Assembly (NCBI GenBank): GCA_051294905.1
Contig: CM119372.1
Coordinates: forward strand, 26,042,001 to 26,106,000
DNA length: 64,000 nt
Reading direction: 5' to 3'
DNA from: Botryllus schlosseri
Taxonomy: Eukaryota
Every line of letters starts with the position of its first letter. The stretch's first letter is position 1. This document shows positions 38,606 through 48,126 of the stretch, one piece after another. The translations under genes and the position numbers were made by a program. Below the pieces are notes generated by a model. That model made no database searches. It saw only the letters and a list, made by a program, of their open reading frames with translations, and was not told the DNA's origin.

Positions 38606-39157
38606 TAACGAAATATATTGGTATAATGCCATCTTAATAATAGTCAATAAGGAGTTGGTAGAACTTACGTAATTCCCTGGACTGAGACCTGATAAGACAT
38701 GTGTGAGTCGTTTATTTGTCGTGTGAATGATAGATAAGAAGTATAAATCGTACGACGTTGGGTTCATTTCGAGATATACGTGTGTATGTATACATTCGTG
38801 GTGATTATTAGCTGGTTCGGAAGTTGATATACATTCATGATTATTAGCTGGTTCGGAAGTCGATAGACATTCATAAGTACTTCGCCAATTGCGAGAAATA
38901 TATATTGCATTTTGAACTGTACGTGATATTCAATAAAGTTACAAGTCGGGGAGACGGAAACAAAATATATTCGTCAGTGTGATCCATCGAATACGTGTGC
39001 CATAGACAGGCTTCGGGGTACGTCAGCCAACAAGGTCGTATACGGCGTAGTTAGGCCGGTCCGTCGAACGAAAGAAGAAACACGCAGCGAATTGTAAACG
39101 CAACCTTCTTGGAGTCAGATATACAATTATACAACTACAAACGTTCGCTCTGCGTTA
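38606..39157 (+). repeat. Putative 5' LTR (TAACG...CGTTA termini)
   Basis: Lies between the insertion junction and the PBS; terminal inverted repeat; AATAAA at 38932; internal ~38-bp tandem duplication at 38789-38874. No second LTR is available to confirm it. Confidence 0.6.
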
Positions 39158-39160
39158 AAG

Positions 39161-39177
39161 TGGTGACCTTCCGACGT
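39161..39177 (+). promoter_or_regulatory. Primer-binding site, tRNA-Trp-like
   Basis: TGGTGACC-TT-CCGACGT versus the complement of the animal tRNA-Trp 3' end, TGGTGACCCCGACGT (recalled, unverified). Confidence 0.65.
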
Positions 39178-39781
39178 TCAATCAATCAAGACCGACCGGC
39201 CGACCGACCGAAGACAATAAATATAAAGATTCGTCTTGCACAGCGGCGAGAAAGACCATACGCATCGCACGACGGTGAAAACGTTCAATCAACAATCAGT
39301 GACGAGGACAGATAACAAAAGTCATCGCGACGTTCTCGCAAGAAGAATTGACAACGAAGAGCGCCTGCGCAGAAGATACGGAGGATTGTACCATATTTGA
39401 AGTTAAGTTGCTTTCCCGGACAGGGTTTTGCATTTATTTCAATTGCAGAGACGGCGTTGTTTAATGGAGCTGTGTCTGTTTTCGAAATAATTGTTTTAGT
39501 ATGAGTATCGAGCTATGTGGTGAAATTGTGTTGTTTGGGAAGTTTTCATGTCCGTTGAACAGGTTAATTATAATTAGAAATTGCTAGTAAGTTTGTGTGA
39601 ATTCCGTATTGTTCATTGTAATTTTGTTTTTCAGTGATATAGCCATTATTTCGTGGTAAAGTCTGAGTTGGCGTTTATGCCGGAATATTCGTCTGTGTGC
39701 AGTGCGACATTTGCGTGTACGGGCAACGAAAAGGTAATCATTTTCAATCCTCGCATGAGCAATTGCTATTCACTGTCATAA

Positions 39782-40699
39782 ATGGAAGTGGAAACTAGTG
39801 ACAGCGAACCGGTGGCTAGAAGAAGAGGCAGAAGGCGCGAGATCACTATCAATAGACCTTTTAACAAACAGGAGCCGGCGCGGTATTTCAGACTGCTAGA
39901 ACATCAGCTCGAGGGCGAGAATGTACGGTCGCAAAAATCTAAATATCTCATTTTGTTGAGGAACTTGAATGACGCGCAATTCGCCGCTATTGACGGAAGT
40001 GTTCCTAGCTCACATGATCCAAATTGCTACGATTTGCTTAAAAAAGTTCTGTTGGACCGTTTTGATGTTCCGATTAATCAGAAGTTGAATAACTTTTATG
40101 CCGAGGTAGTTCCGGGTATGAATCCCAGAGATTTGCGATCGCGGATTATTGAGTGTGCGGGTGCCGATAATTCACCGCATATGGCGGGGTTCAAACGCCA
40201 CATGTTCTTGCAGTACTGCAGGCCCGACATCGCTTTCGCATTACGTGGACATTATAGAGATGATTTTGATACAATGTGTCAGCGCGCGGTTGAGCTGTTT
40301 AATGGGGGGTTGAATCCGGGTAATAACTCCATTCAAACTAATGAAGTAAGTGTGGCAAAACCGGAAAAGGAGCGCGCGGTTGTAAGAGCTGAGGAAGATA
40401 CACAGTTTATCGAGTCGATAAGTAAGCAACTTGCTAGGATGGAGAAGCAAATGGCGGAATTGAAATTGGATGATGTTAAAGTGCAACCAAGTGATGATAG
40501 CGATAACTCTTTGAACCATTCTCCCATGACGCAGAATAGGGCTGAGTCAAACCGCGGAGGCACGCGATATTATCGGGGCGGCAACGTTGGTACCCGAGGT
40601 GGCAGTAATACTGAATGGGTATGCCAGAATCATCACCGATATGGTGATCGGAGCTTTTCAGCCTATCGTGAACGTAAATGTGTTGGTCGTAGTTCATGA
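39782..40699 (+). CDS. gag: Gag protein
   Basis: 305-aa ORF upstream of pol; YDLLKKVLLDRF capsid-like motif; RGG tract; degenerate Cys/His box CQNHHRYG...C. Confidence 0.85.
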   Translation: MEVETSDSEPVARRRGRRREITINRPFNKQEPARYFRLLEHQLEGENVRSQKSKYLILLRNLNDAQFAAIDGSVPSSHDPNCYDLLKKVLLDRFDVPINQKLNNFYAEVVPGMNPRDLRSRIIECAGADNSPHMAGFKRHMFLQYCRPDIAFALRGHYRDDFDTMCQRAVELFNGGLNPGNNSIQTNEVSVAKPEKERAVVRAEEDTQFIESISKQLARMEKQMAELKLDDVKVQPSDDSDNSLNHSPMTQNRAESNRGGTRYYRGGNVGTRGGSNTEWVCQNHHRYGDRSFSAYRERKCVGRSS

Positions 40700-43600
40700 C
40701 TATATGGCAGTGGTTTCTATCCAAGTGGTCCAAGTATTAATTCTTTTGATTTTGAGTATTTGGCTTATGCGTTTGATAAATTAAATGGTTTGAATTTCTT
40801 GAGTGACAGTGGTTCCATGATTTCTAATTTACCAGCGAGTGAACATGTGATTCGGCACTATACGCCGAAGTGGCAATTTCGGGGAGCAAATGGTTCCGTG
40901 ATTAATGCGTATGGCACTAAGACTTTGATGTTGCAGTTTGGTGATAATGAACCACTTGAATGTCCTTTTGTAATAACCGAAGTGTCGAAGCCAATATTGG
41001 GCTGGAATTTTATGAAAAAGCATAAGTTGCTTTTAGATCCGGAACTGGATGAACTCGCGACTCGTGACCGCAGTACTGTAATAAAATTGTCTCAAAATAA
41101 ATTTTCGTCTCTTGTCGCGCATATCGACGCGAGTGAACGCACGCCATACGCTGAGTTACTTAAAGAGTTCCCGGAAATCTTGGTCCGGCAACCTGTTAAA
41201 CGGCGCGAAATGAAACATGTCATGCGAATAAAGACGTTCGGTTATCTAAAATCTCCGAAGCCACGTTCAATCCCACCCCAGTATTTGTTAGAAGTTCGGC
41301 GGCAAATCAAAGATATGTTAGAGCGCGGTGTGATTTCAAAATCGGATTCGGATTTTTGCTCGCCGATCGTGTGTGTTCCTAAACAGAGTCACGTTGAGGG
41401 GAAACCTCCCGGTGTGCGGTTGTGCATCGATTATCGTTATTTGAATTCTCATGTGGCTCCTCAGTGTTATCCATTACCGAATATTGCATCGATGCGTACA
41501 CAAATGGCAGGGGCCAAGGTATTTTCCACTCTCGACATAGCAAGCGCGTACCACAACATTGAGGTGGCGGAGTCAGACCGCCATTTGACAGCGTTTTATG
41601 CTAAAGAAATCGGTAAATTTCAGTACAATGTGTGTCCGTTCGGTTTTCGGTCCAGTGGGGATCAATGGTGTAAATTGGCTTACGAGTTGCTTGGGGACAT
41701 TCCTAATACTTTTCTGTATTGTGACGATATTGTGGTAGCGACGCCTGACGAGAAGTCTCATTTGGAGACGTTGCGAGTAATTTTTGAGAAATTGAAGAGT
41801 GAGTCCCTTTCGTTGTCTATTGAGAAGTGTAAGTTCGGAGCAGAGTCAGTTCGATTTTTGGGGTTTTTAATTGACAAAGATGGCATCAGACCAGATCCCA
41901 AACGAGTTGAGGCGATTGTGAAATTTCCAGTGCCAAAGACTATTCGTGAGGTGAGAAGGATGATCGGCATGATCAACTATTATTCGAGGAGTATCAAGAA
42001 TTGCTCGTCTATTATGCAACCGCTCTATGATTTATTGAAGGGAACTAATGCTCGGAGTAAGCTCAAATGGTCCAGTGTGGCGCAGAATGCATTTGAGCAG
42101 ATCAAAGAAGCTTTGATAGATGCAGCGAGATTGGCTTTTCCGACATTCAAAGGACCTATACAGCTTGTGACAGATGCCAGTCAAGTTGCATTGGGCGCAG
42201 TAATCAATGAGTACCAGAATGGGAGATATGTACCTCTGGCTTTCTTCAGCAAGAGTTTAACTGAGTCTCAGCGAAAATGGTCAGCTGTGAAGAGAGAGAC
42301 GTACGCTGTATACATGGCTCTGCAGCATTTTCGAGATTTTTGCATGGGCAGGTCAGTGAGCCTTGTCACAGACAGTCAGGTGTTGGCTAAGATGATTATC
42401 AATCCGAAGGAATGTGCGGACCCGGCTATGTTTCGGTACCTTGAGTACATTAATTACTTTGTGAACAAAACTACATGTATCCGCGGTATTTTCAATTCCG
42501 TTTCCGATTGTTTGTCTCGTGTTGAGATTAATGAATTTATTGTGCCAGATGGCTTGAAACCTGATTTTATAAAGCGTATTGCAGCTGCACAGAGGCAAGA
42601 CAAGGAATTGGCAGAATTTCGCGAGCGTACTTTGGCTGAGACTGGTTTGCAGTTAAGAGAGTTGAAACTGCTGGGGTGTGAGACGGGCGTTGTTTGTCAC
42701 GTGCCTGATTCCACCGATAAATCCCAGAAGTTTTCTGTAATTCCACGAGTGTGGGTTCCACGTCATATGAGACGGGAATTGTTTGAACATGTACATTCTC
42801 TTTCGCACCCCGGAATGCGCGCGACGTTAGCATTGGCTAAACGGCATTATGTGTTCCCTAACATGGACAAATGGTTACGAGAATCAGTGAGGGCATGTCC
42901 GATGTGTAACAAAAGTAAAATTATTCGTCATGTACGCTCCGCATTAAAGCATGTGCCGCGACGTAGTGATCGCAATGCTGACATTTCAATTGACATCGCT
43001 GGTCCGCTTCGTGAAACGGAAGATGGTAATCGATATTTTCTTATCATCGTTGATCGTGTAACAAATTACACTAATGCAGTCCCCATGAAAAGACAAGATA
43101 CTGACACGGTGATCCGTGCTTTGATAAATGGTTTTGTGAAGGATCGCGGAGCACCCATGGTGATAAGGTCCGACCGTGGTTCAGTGTTTACATCGTATGA
43201 ATGGGAAAAGTTCATGTCGGTGCTTGAATGTAAGCATTCATTTTCGTTGGCACTTTCGCCACAGCAGAATTCGATCTCCGAGACGGGGATCCGGCGAATA
43301 AAGCGCGGTTTGCGTTGCGCTAATAATCCCGCAGCATGGGATCGGCTATTACCTTTTGTGATTTTGTCATTGAATGCCTCGGTGCGAGAGGGATATGATT
43401 ATTCCGCGGCGGAAATGACCTATGGGGAAAATGTGCGCTTGCCGGGAACTTATTTTGAGTATGACCCGAATAAGTTCAAGAATAGTCAAGCAGAGGTACT
43501 TTGTGATGTGCGCGAATTTTTCGAAAACTTGAATTTCAATAAGAGCAACATACGGACGAATGTAAATTCGTACGTCCCGCCAGATCTTATGGCTTGTTCA

Positions 43601-44122
43601 CATGTATATGTCAAAAATGAGAGAGGTAAAAAGACCGCTTTTGACTTCTGGTATGTGGGCCCGTACAGGGTGATCGAGAGATCGCAATCGGGCAAGGCCT
43701 TTACCTTGTTAATCAAGGGAAAGGAGAAGGCTGTCTCGATTGACAGGCTGAAAGTGTGTTACTTTCCTCCATTTGATGTAGATAACGACATGTTCGATGA
43801 TTTTGTGCAGCAGTTTCCGCCCGTTGATGCGGACAAAGTGGTACAAAACTCCGCGGTAGATACGGGCGACGCGTGTGTAGTGTCGTCTAGTTGTGATGAC
43901 AGCGGTAGCGACTGTCCGGGTAGTGTTGGTGACGCGTCTCGAGAGCGAATATCTGATGGCTTACCTGTTGAAGTCGATCGCGATAATAATGGGCATGAAT
44001 CCAAATCTAAGACCCAAACATGTAATGAAGGCAGAACTCTCAACGAGTCAAGTACAAGATATACGTCCAGAGGGAGACGAATTGTTAGACCAAGACATTT
44101 GAATGATTATGTGTTGCAGTAA
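40700..44122 (+). CDS. pol: Pol polyprotein (protease, RT, RNase H, integrase)
   Basis: FLSDSGS protease; RLCIDYR, CPFG, YCDD for RT; TDAS for RNase H; HSLSH...CPMC, ISID, SDRG, GPY for integrase. Open from the codon after the gag stop, with no ATG before the protease site. Confidence 0.95.
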   Translation, partial: LYGSGFYPSGPSINSFDFEYLAYAFDKLNGLNFLSDSGSMISNLPASEHVIRHYTPKWQFRGANGSVINAYGTKTLMLQFGDNEPLECPFVITEVSKPILGWNFMKKHKLLLDPELDELATRDRSTVIKLSQNKFSSLVAHIDASERTPYAELLKEFPEILVRQPVKRREMKHVMRIKTFGYLKSPKPRSIPPQYLLEVRRQIKDMLERGVISKSDSDFCSPIVCVPKQSHVEGKPPGVRLCIDYRYLNSHVAPQCYPLPNIASMRTQMAGAKVFSTLDIASAYHNIEVAESDRHLTAFYAKEIGKFQYNVCPFGFRSSGDQWCKLAYELLGDIPNTFLYCDDIVVATPDEKSHLETLRVIFEKLKSESLSLSIEKCKFGAESVRFLGFLIDKDGIRPDPKRVEAIVKFPVPKTIREVRRMIGMINYYSRSIKNCSSIMQPLYDLLKGTNARSKLKWSSVAQNAFEQIKEALIDAARLAFPTFKGPIQLVTDASQVALGAVINEYQNGRYVPLAFFSKSLTESQRKWSAVKRETYAVYMALQHFRDFCMGRSVSLVTDSQVLAKMIINPKECADPAMFRYLEYINYFVNKTTCIRGIFNSVSDCLSRVEINEFIVPDGLKPDFIKRIAAAQRQDKELAEFRERTLAETGLQLRELKLLGCETGVVCHVPDSTDKSQKFSVIPRVWVPRHMRRELFEHVHSLSHPGMRATLALAKRHYVFPNMDKWLRESVRACPMCNKSKIIRHVRSALKHVPRRSDRNADISIDIAGPLRETEDGNRYFLIIVDRVTNYTNAVPMKRQDTDTVIRALINGFVKDRGAPMVIRSDRGSVFTSYEWEKFMSVLECKHSFSLALSPQQNSISETGIRRIKRGLRCANNPAAWDRLLPFVILSLNASVREGYDYSAAEMTYGENVRLPGTYFEYDPNKFKNSQAEVLCDVREFFENLNFNKSNIRTNVNSYVPPDLMACSHVYVKNERGKKTAFDFWYVGPYRVIERSQSGKAFTLLIKGKEKAVSIDRLKVCYFPPFDVDNDMFDDFVQQFPPVDADKVVQNSAVDTGDACVVSSSCDDSGSDCPGSVGDASRERISDGLPVEVDRDNNGHESKSKTQTCNEGRTLNESSTRYTSRGRRIVRPRHLNDYVLQ

Positions 44123-44732
44123 ATCGCGTAGAATAAAGATATGCGTGATGAAAATTGTGCCTTGTGCATTAATACGCTGTGTAAATGCAGGATTGCTGCA
44201 CCATCGATCGTTGAATCGCGTAAAGTAAAGATATGCGTAGTGAAAAGCGTGCTTTGTGCATTGATATATGATGTAAATGCAGGATTGCTGCATCATGTTG
44301 TGACTCCCGTTGTAGAATGTAAGGTGAGGTCACCGAAGCTCGTTGCTGAAGTATGCGTTGTAGTAATATGTGCGGACATCAAAATGTTTTGCTCGTGTAG
44401 GCCCGCTTATGCTTCACGGAACTTGGCGTCATATTTGAAATCGTCACTGTAGGGTAGAATGGTTGTTGAATTGCTGTAAGCCCTCTGTTGTTACGTACGA
44501 ACAACACGGCTAGGTTATTATGCATTGTACGGACCACCTCTGCCTTTAAATAAGGCCTTTCGCAGTTTGCACCACCAATTTTCTCTTCCGTGCTATCCGC
44601 GGATGCTCAGCGGCTAGCGGGATAGCCGCGGATATCATTTTTTCGAGTCTTTAGTCTGACCCGGCCGGGGATTGAACCCACGATCAACCGATTTCGAAGT
44701 CAGACGCATCACCATCCGCCATTACACTACCA

Positions 44733-44915
44733 GTGACGAGATAGCTTACTTGTAAAATCCACAGCTGCAATATCAATGGGTCGCGGGTTCGAGTCCGACC
44801 GAGGTCAACTCCAGAATTCCTACCTTAGTGTTAGAGGTTTATCTCGGCTCCTCCTTGCCATATCATCCGTGAAAGCGGTGTCTTATAAAAGCCTAGAAGT
44901 GGCCGTGCTACAAGT
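44733..44915 (+). mobile_element. SINE family B variant
   Basis: B-box GGTTCGAGTCC; matches 10831-11085. Confidence 0.7.
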
Positions 44916-45159
44916 CATTACAAACAAATCACTACACTATATCGCTCGGCGAAACCATTAAATCTGCAATCTGAATATTAATAAACCAATATGTTATTTT
45001 GTAAGCTATAGGGTAGGTCATATGAAACAATTTTGTCTTCATGGCCGCTTGAGATCAAATATCCTACTTTGTCAGCTGGATATATTGAGCCATGTGGTGC
45101 ACACCAGTACACACCATCCAAGCGGCACAGCCTTTGAAAGATTATGGTACACCTCAGGG

Positions 45160-46956
45160 CAGGGGTCGGAAAACTACGGCTTGCAACACCGTTCTGTGCG
45201 GTCCGAGAAAGCCTCAGGAATCGTTGTAAAAATAGTGATAAATGCATACTGAAAAATCAAATTACTGTGGGTACTTGATTAAACTCTTTCTTAATATACC
45301 TCAACGTCATATTGATAAGTTATAATTATTCTTACCGCGGTGTTTTTATATTTCATTGATGGCGCGCTAACCCGACCTCGAGGCCAATGCATTTTGAATC
45401 TTTCAATTGCTAAACATCACAGAAAGTGAAACGCAAATGACTTAATTCGCACCAATAGTGTGATTTTAGATTGGCAACCCGAGAAAGTTTATTACTTTTA
45501 ATGCTTTACGTGGAAAATCCGATTCGCAAGTATGTTTGATGGATATATTCGTTCTTTGTATGTGTAGACGTAGGGGAGATGTGGTACCGATGAATCACTG
45601 GGACCGAAAATACTTTGAAAATTATCTATGATAATTCCATGATTACACTCCGTGAACTTGTCTACAATTGCATACTGGCAACATCTTTCCTCACATACAA
45701 AAAAATTCGACGTGCGCGAACTATGGGGTCGCTCACAGATGTTTTTTGTTTTGGGGGGTGTAAACTAAATTTATATCGACATATACATTTTTCTTTGTAA
45801 CCTTCAACACGAACAAACCAGCAATCATTTTTATTGTGAAGTCTAGGGCTTGTATCAGGCTATATAATGGAACCTATTATTTTTTTCAGTACTTTCCTTG
45901 AGTGGATTTTTTTTCGATTCATGTACAAAATTAGTAGGGTGGGGACCGATGATACAATAGCCAAATCAAGCAAAATAATCAAGCATACTAATCATGAAAC
46001 AAATGAAACATGACTACGTACAGAAAATCTTTATGTAATAATTGTATATGATGTTTTATCGCTATAACGAGGTCTTTGGAAGTCACACTGTCGATTTCCG
46101 GGCAATATGTATGTACCCTCAAATTTATAAGTCCAAGCCTAAATCGAAACGTGATTTTATGACAACATTTGTGTCAATATTTAATCTATTTGTTGACGGT
46201 TGCGACCGAAAATTCTTCTTTGGCTTGCTGTAGCTTAGATTATAATACTGAGCAAGAAAAGTTGTCACATCTGAGTTTTTTAGGGTATATGTGTCATAGG
46301 TCCCCGGGTCGTGTGCCATTGGACCCACCGGGTGGGGACCGATGACACGTTCGAGCAACAAATTTTAAACATCCATAAATATTTTTTGAAAAGACGGATA
46401 TTCATGTATATGTGCGCGATAGGTAGAGCTTGTATCAAAGTGCTGAGCCAGCAAAAGATCTGCTGTTTTCGGCTTAACATTTTAGAGCCAGCGATCATTT
46501 TCCAATTTTTGATCCATCGGTACCACATCTCCCCTACTTATATTTATAATATTTATATATTGTAGAAGCGACGATGCTGTCAGCATTGTGTGTGTTGAAG
46601 TTAAACCAAAAGTACAATATGGCAAATCTATGAACATCTCGGTGCTCACAGACTCAAATTTACATCCCCTTCGAGGAATCGGGACAACCGACTTTCGTTC
46701 CTAATTTTAAAAAGGAGGCCAACCAGATAATAAATTCTCGTCAATTTTGCGGACGCGTGTACGTTACCATCAAATCAATGTTTGGTTTGTTTTAAATATT
46801 CAACTACATATACATTATTTCCATGTCGTCGGTCACTAAATCACCAAAAAAACGATATTTAATTTTGGCATAGTATCCCAATTTTATATAGTGCTGCACG
46901 CGAATGGATTCAAATGTTGAGGGAGGGCCACGAGCTAAAGAGTTTGCCGACCCCTG
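45160..46956. mobile_element. hAT MITE (related copy starts at 62799)
   Basis: CAGGGGTCGGAAAAC / GTTTGCCGACCCCTG; flanks CCTCAGGG/CTTTAGGG. Confidence 0.7.
45573..46534. mobile_element. TA-flanked (Tc1/mariner-like) MITE nested in 45160-46956
   Basis: TIR GGGGAGATGTGGTACCGATG with an exact inverted match; TA on both sides; internal GGGACCGATGA repeats. Confidence 0.75.
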
Positions 46957-47792
46957 CTTTAGGGTGTACGGCACACCCAGTTGAAGAGCACTGTTTTAAA
47001 GCATACTTGTCTAAAATATGTTGTGAACAGAACCGGCTTTGAATAACATTGCGTTTATTACAAAACCGTGTAATTATATAATAATGCTGGCCTACTATTT
47101 TCGTAAGGCAATGTAGCTTGATATCGACGTCTACTAGTACTAGAAATAGCGATCCGGTATAGGTATGGCCTGACTTTTCAGCAGCTGGACCCTGTGAACA
47201 ACCCTCTAATACTATGTTATCGAATCTCTTCCCTGACGCATTGAGTTGCGGATAGATGAGAGATGAGCACGGAATTAACCTTAGTCACTTCTGATGTACC
47301 TGTGCTGTTGTCGTATAAAGTGCTTCAGATTGAGTGTATGATGCATTTGGAATATACATTATGCATGTATTTGCATATCCGCACTCATGACGCCAAATGA
47401 CCTGTTCATGCATAACACTGAACATAGTGCGCGCGAGACAATCAACTGCTGTTCCATGTAGCCCTATCGGCCTACTTGATTTCGTCAGGGGAAATACTTC
47501 TCGAATACAAGTATACAGCTACTCTCAACTAGTTTGTCACTTGGAATGCTCACGTGAGCCACGTGATAATGAGGTATTGCATGACTATGGCCTAATAATT
47601 TCTTCAGCTTGAACCCGATAATAGCGGGTTTTATGTATTTAAAACAAGTTGACGTTGCGATTCGTGATAGAAAGGGCACTGATTACACGTGCCTCTACAT
47701 GACGACGTAAAAATTCGTTCAGAGTCAACGCAATATCGCGCAATAATATTAGATACATTTTTCCGGCACCACGGACAGCTCGTCTCTTAGCT

Positions 47793-48126
47793 GGTTCTGT
47801 ACCAATACCGAGAAAACCATTACCGAGAATATACATTACGGAGGATGCCATTACCGAGAATGGACATTACCGAGAATTGTCATTACCAAGAATGACCAAT
47901 GCCAAGAGACCACTGAGACGGCGTTGTCGAGAAATTTATATCTGAGAATCGACACCGAATGTGGCAAAGCCGTGATTCACATGACCTGTACATATGCATA
48001 ACATGCCTGCATTGCATACATTGCATTCTCGGTAATGTCCACTCTCGGTAATGTTCGTTCTCGGTGGTGTCCATACTCGGTAATGGCATTCTAGGTAATG
48101 GTTTTCTCGGTATTTACCGGACACCC
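47793..48126. mobile_element. MITE with inverted arrays of CATTACCGAGAA
   Basis: Direct repeats at 47804-47895 and their reverse complements at 48025-48112; TSD unclear. Confidence 0.6.

Larger units (their letters stand above)
38606..44531 (+). mobile_element. Ty3/Gypsy LTR retrotransposon, 3' LTR absent
   Basis: Putative 5' LTR, PBS, gag, and pol in PR-RT-RH-IN order; boundaries are defined by the interrupted MITE. Confidence 0.9.
37363..44542. mobile_element. M2 hAT MITE copy interrupted by the Gypsy element 11 bp from its right end
   Basis: CAGAGGTGGTC (37363-37373) / GACCACCTCTG (44532-44542); TSD CCTTTAAG/CCTTTAAA; 37363-38606 aligns to the copy at 19549. Confidence 0.85.
37286..44731 (-). 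mobile_element. SINE family A split into 37286-37354 and 44551-44731 by M2 + Gypsy
   Basis: The two halves joined align to the intact copy at 62997-63260. Confidence 0.7.

Noticed and set aside
40241..44296. Antisense and alternate-frame ORFs over gag-pol, and plus-strand ORFs over the LRR exons
   Set aside because: Shadow ORFs of real coding sequence with no motifs of their own.
44141..44452. 103-aa ORF after pol as a possible env
   Set aside because: Too short, built largely from the 92-bp tandem repeat, and lacking envelope features.
47804..48112. CRISPR-like short repeats (also the GACTCGAGTC arrays at 61778-62347)
   Set aside because: Eukaryotic context, spacers of only a few nucleotides, arrays inverted at element ends, and no cas genes; these are MITE subterminal repeats.
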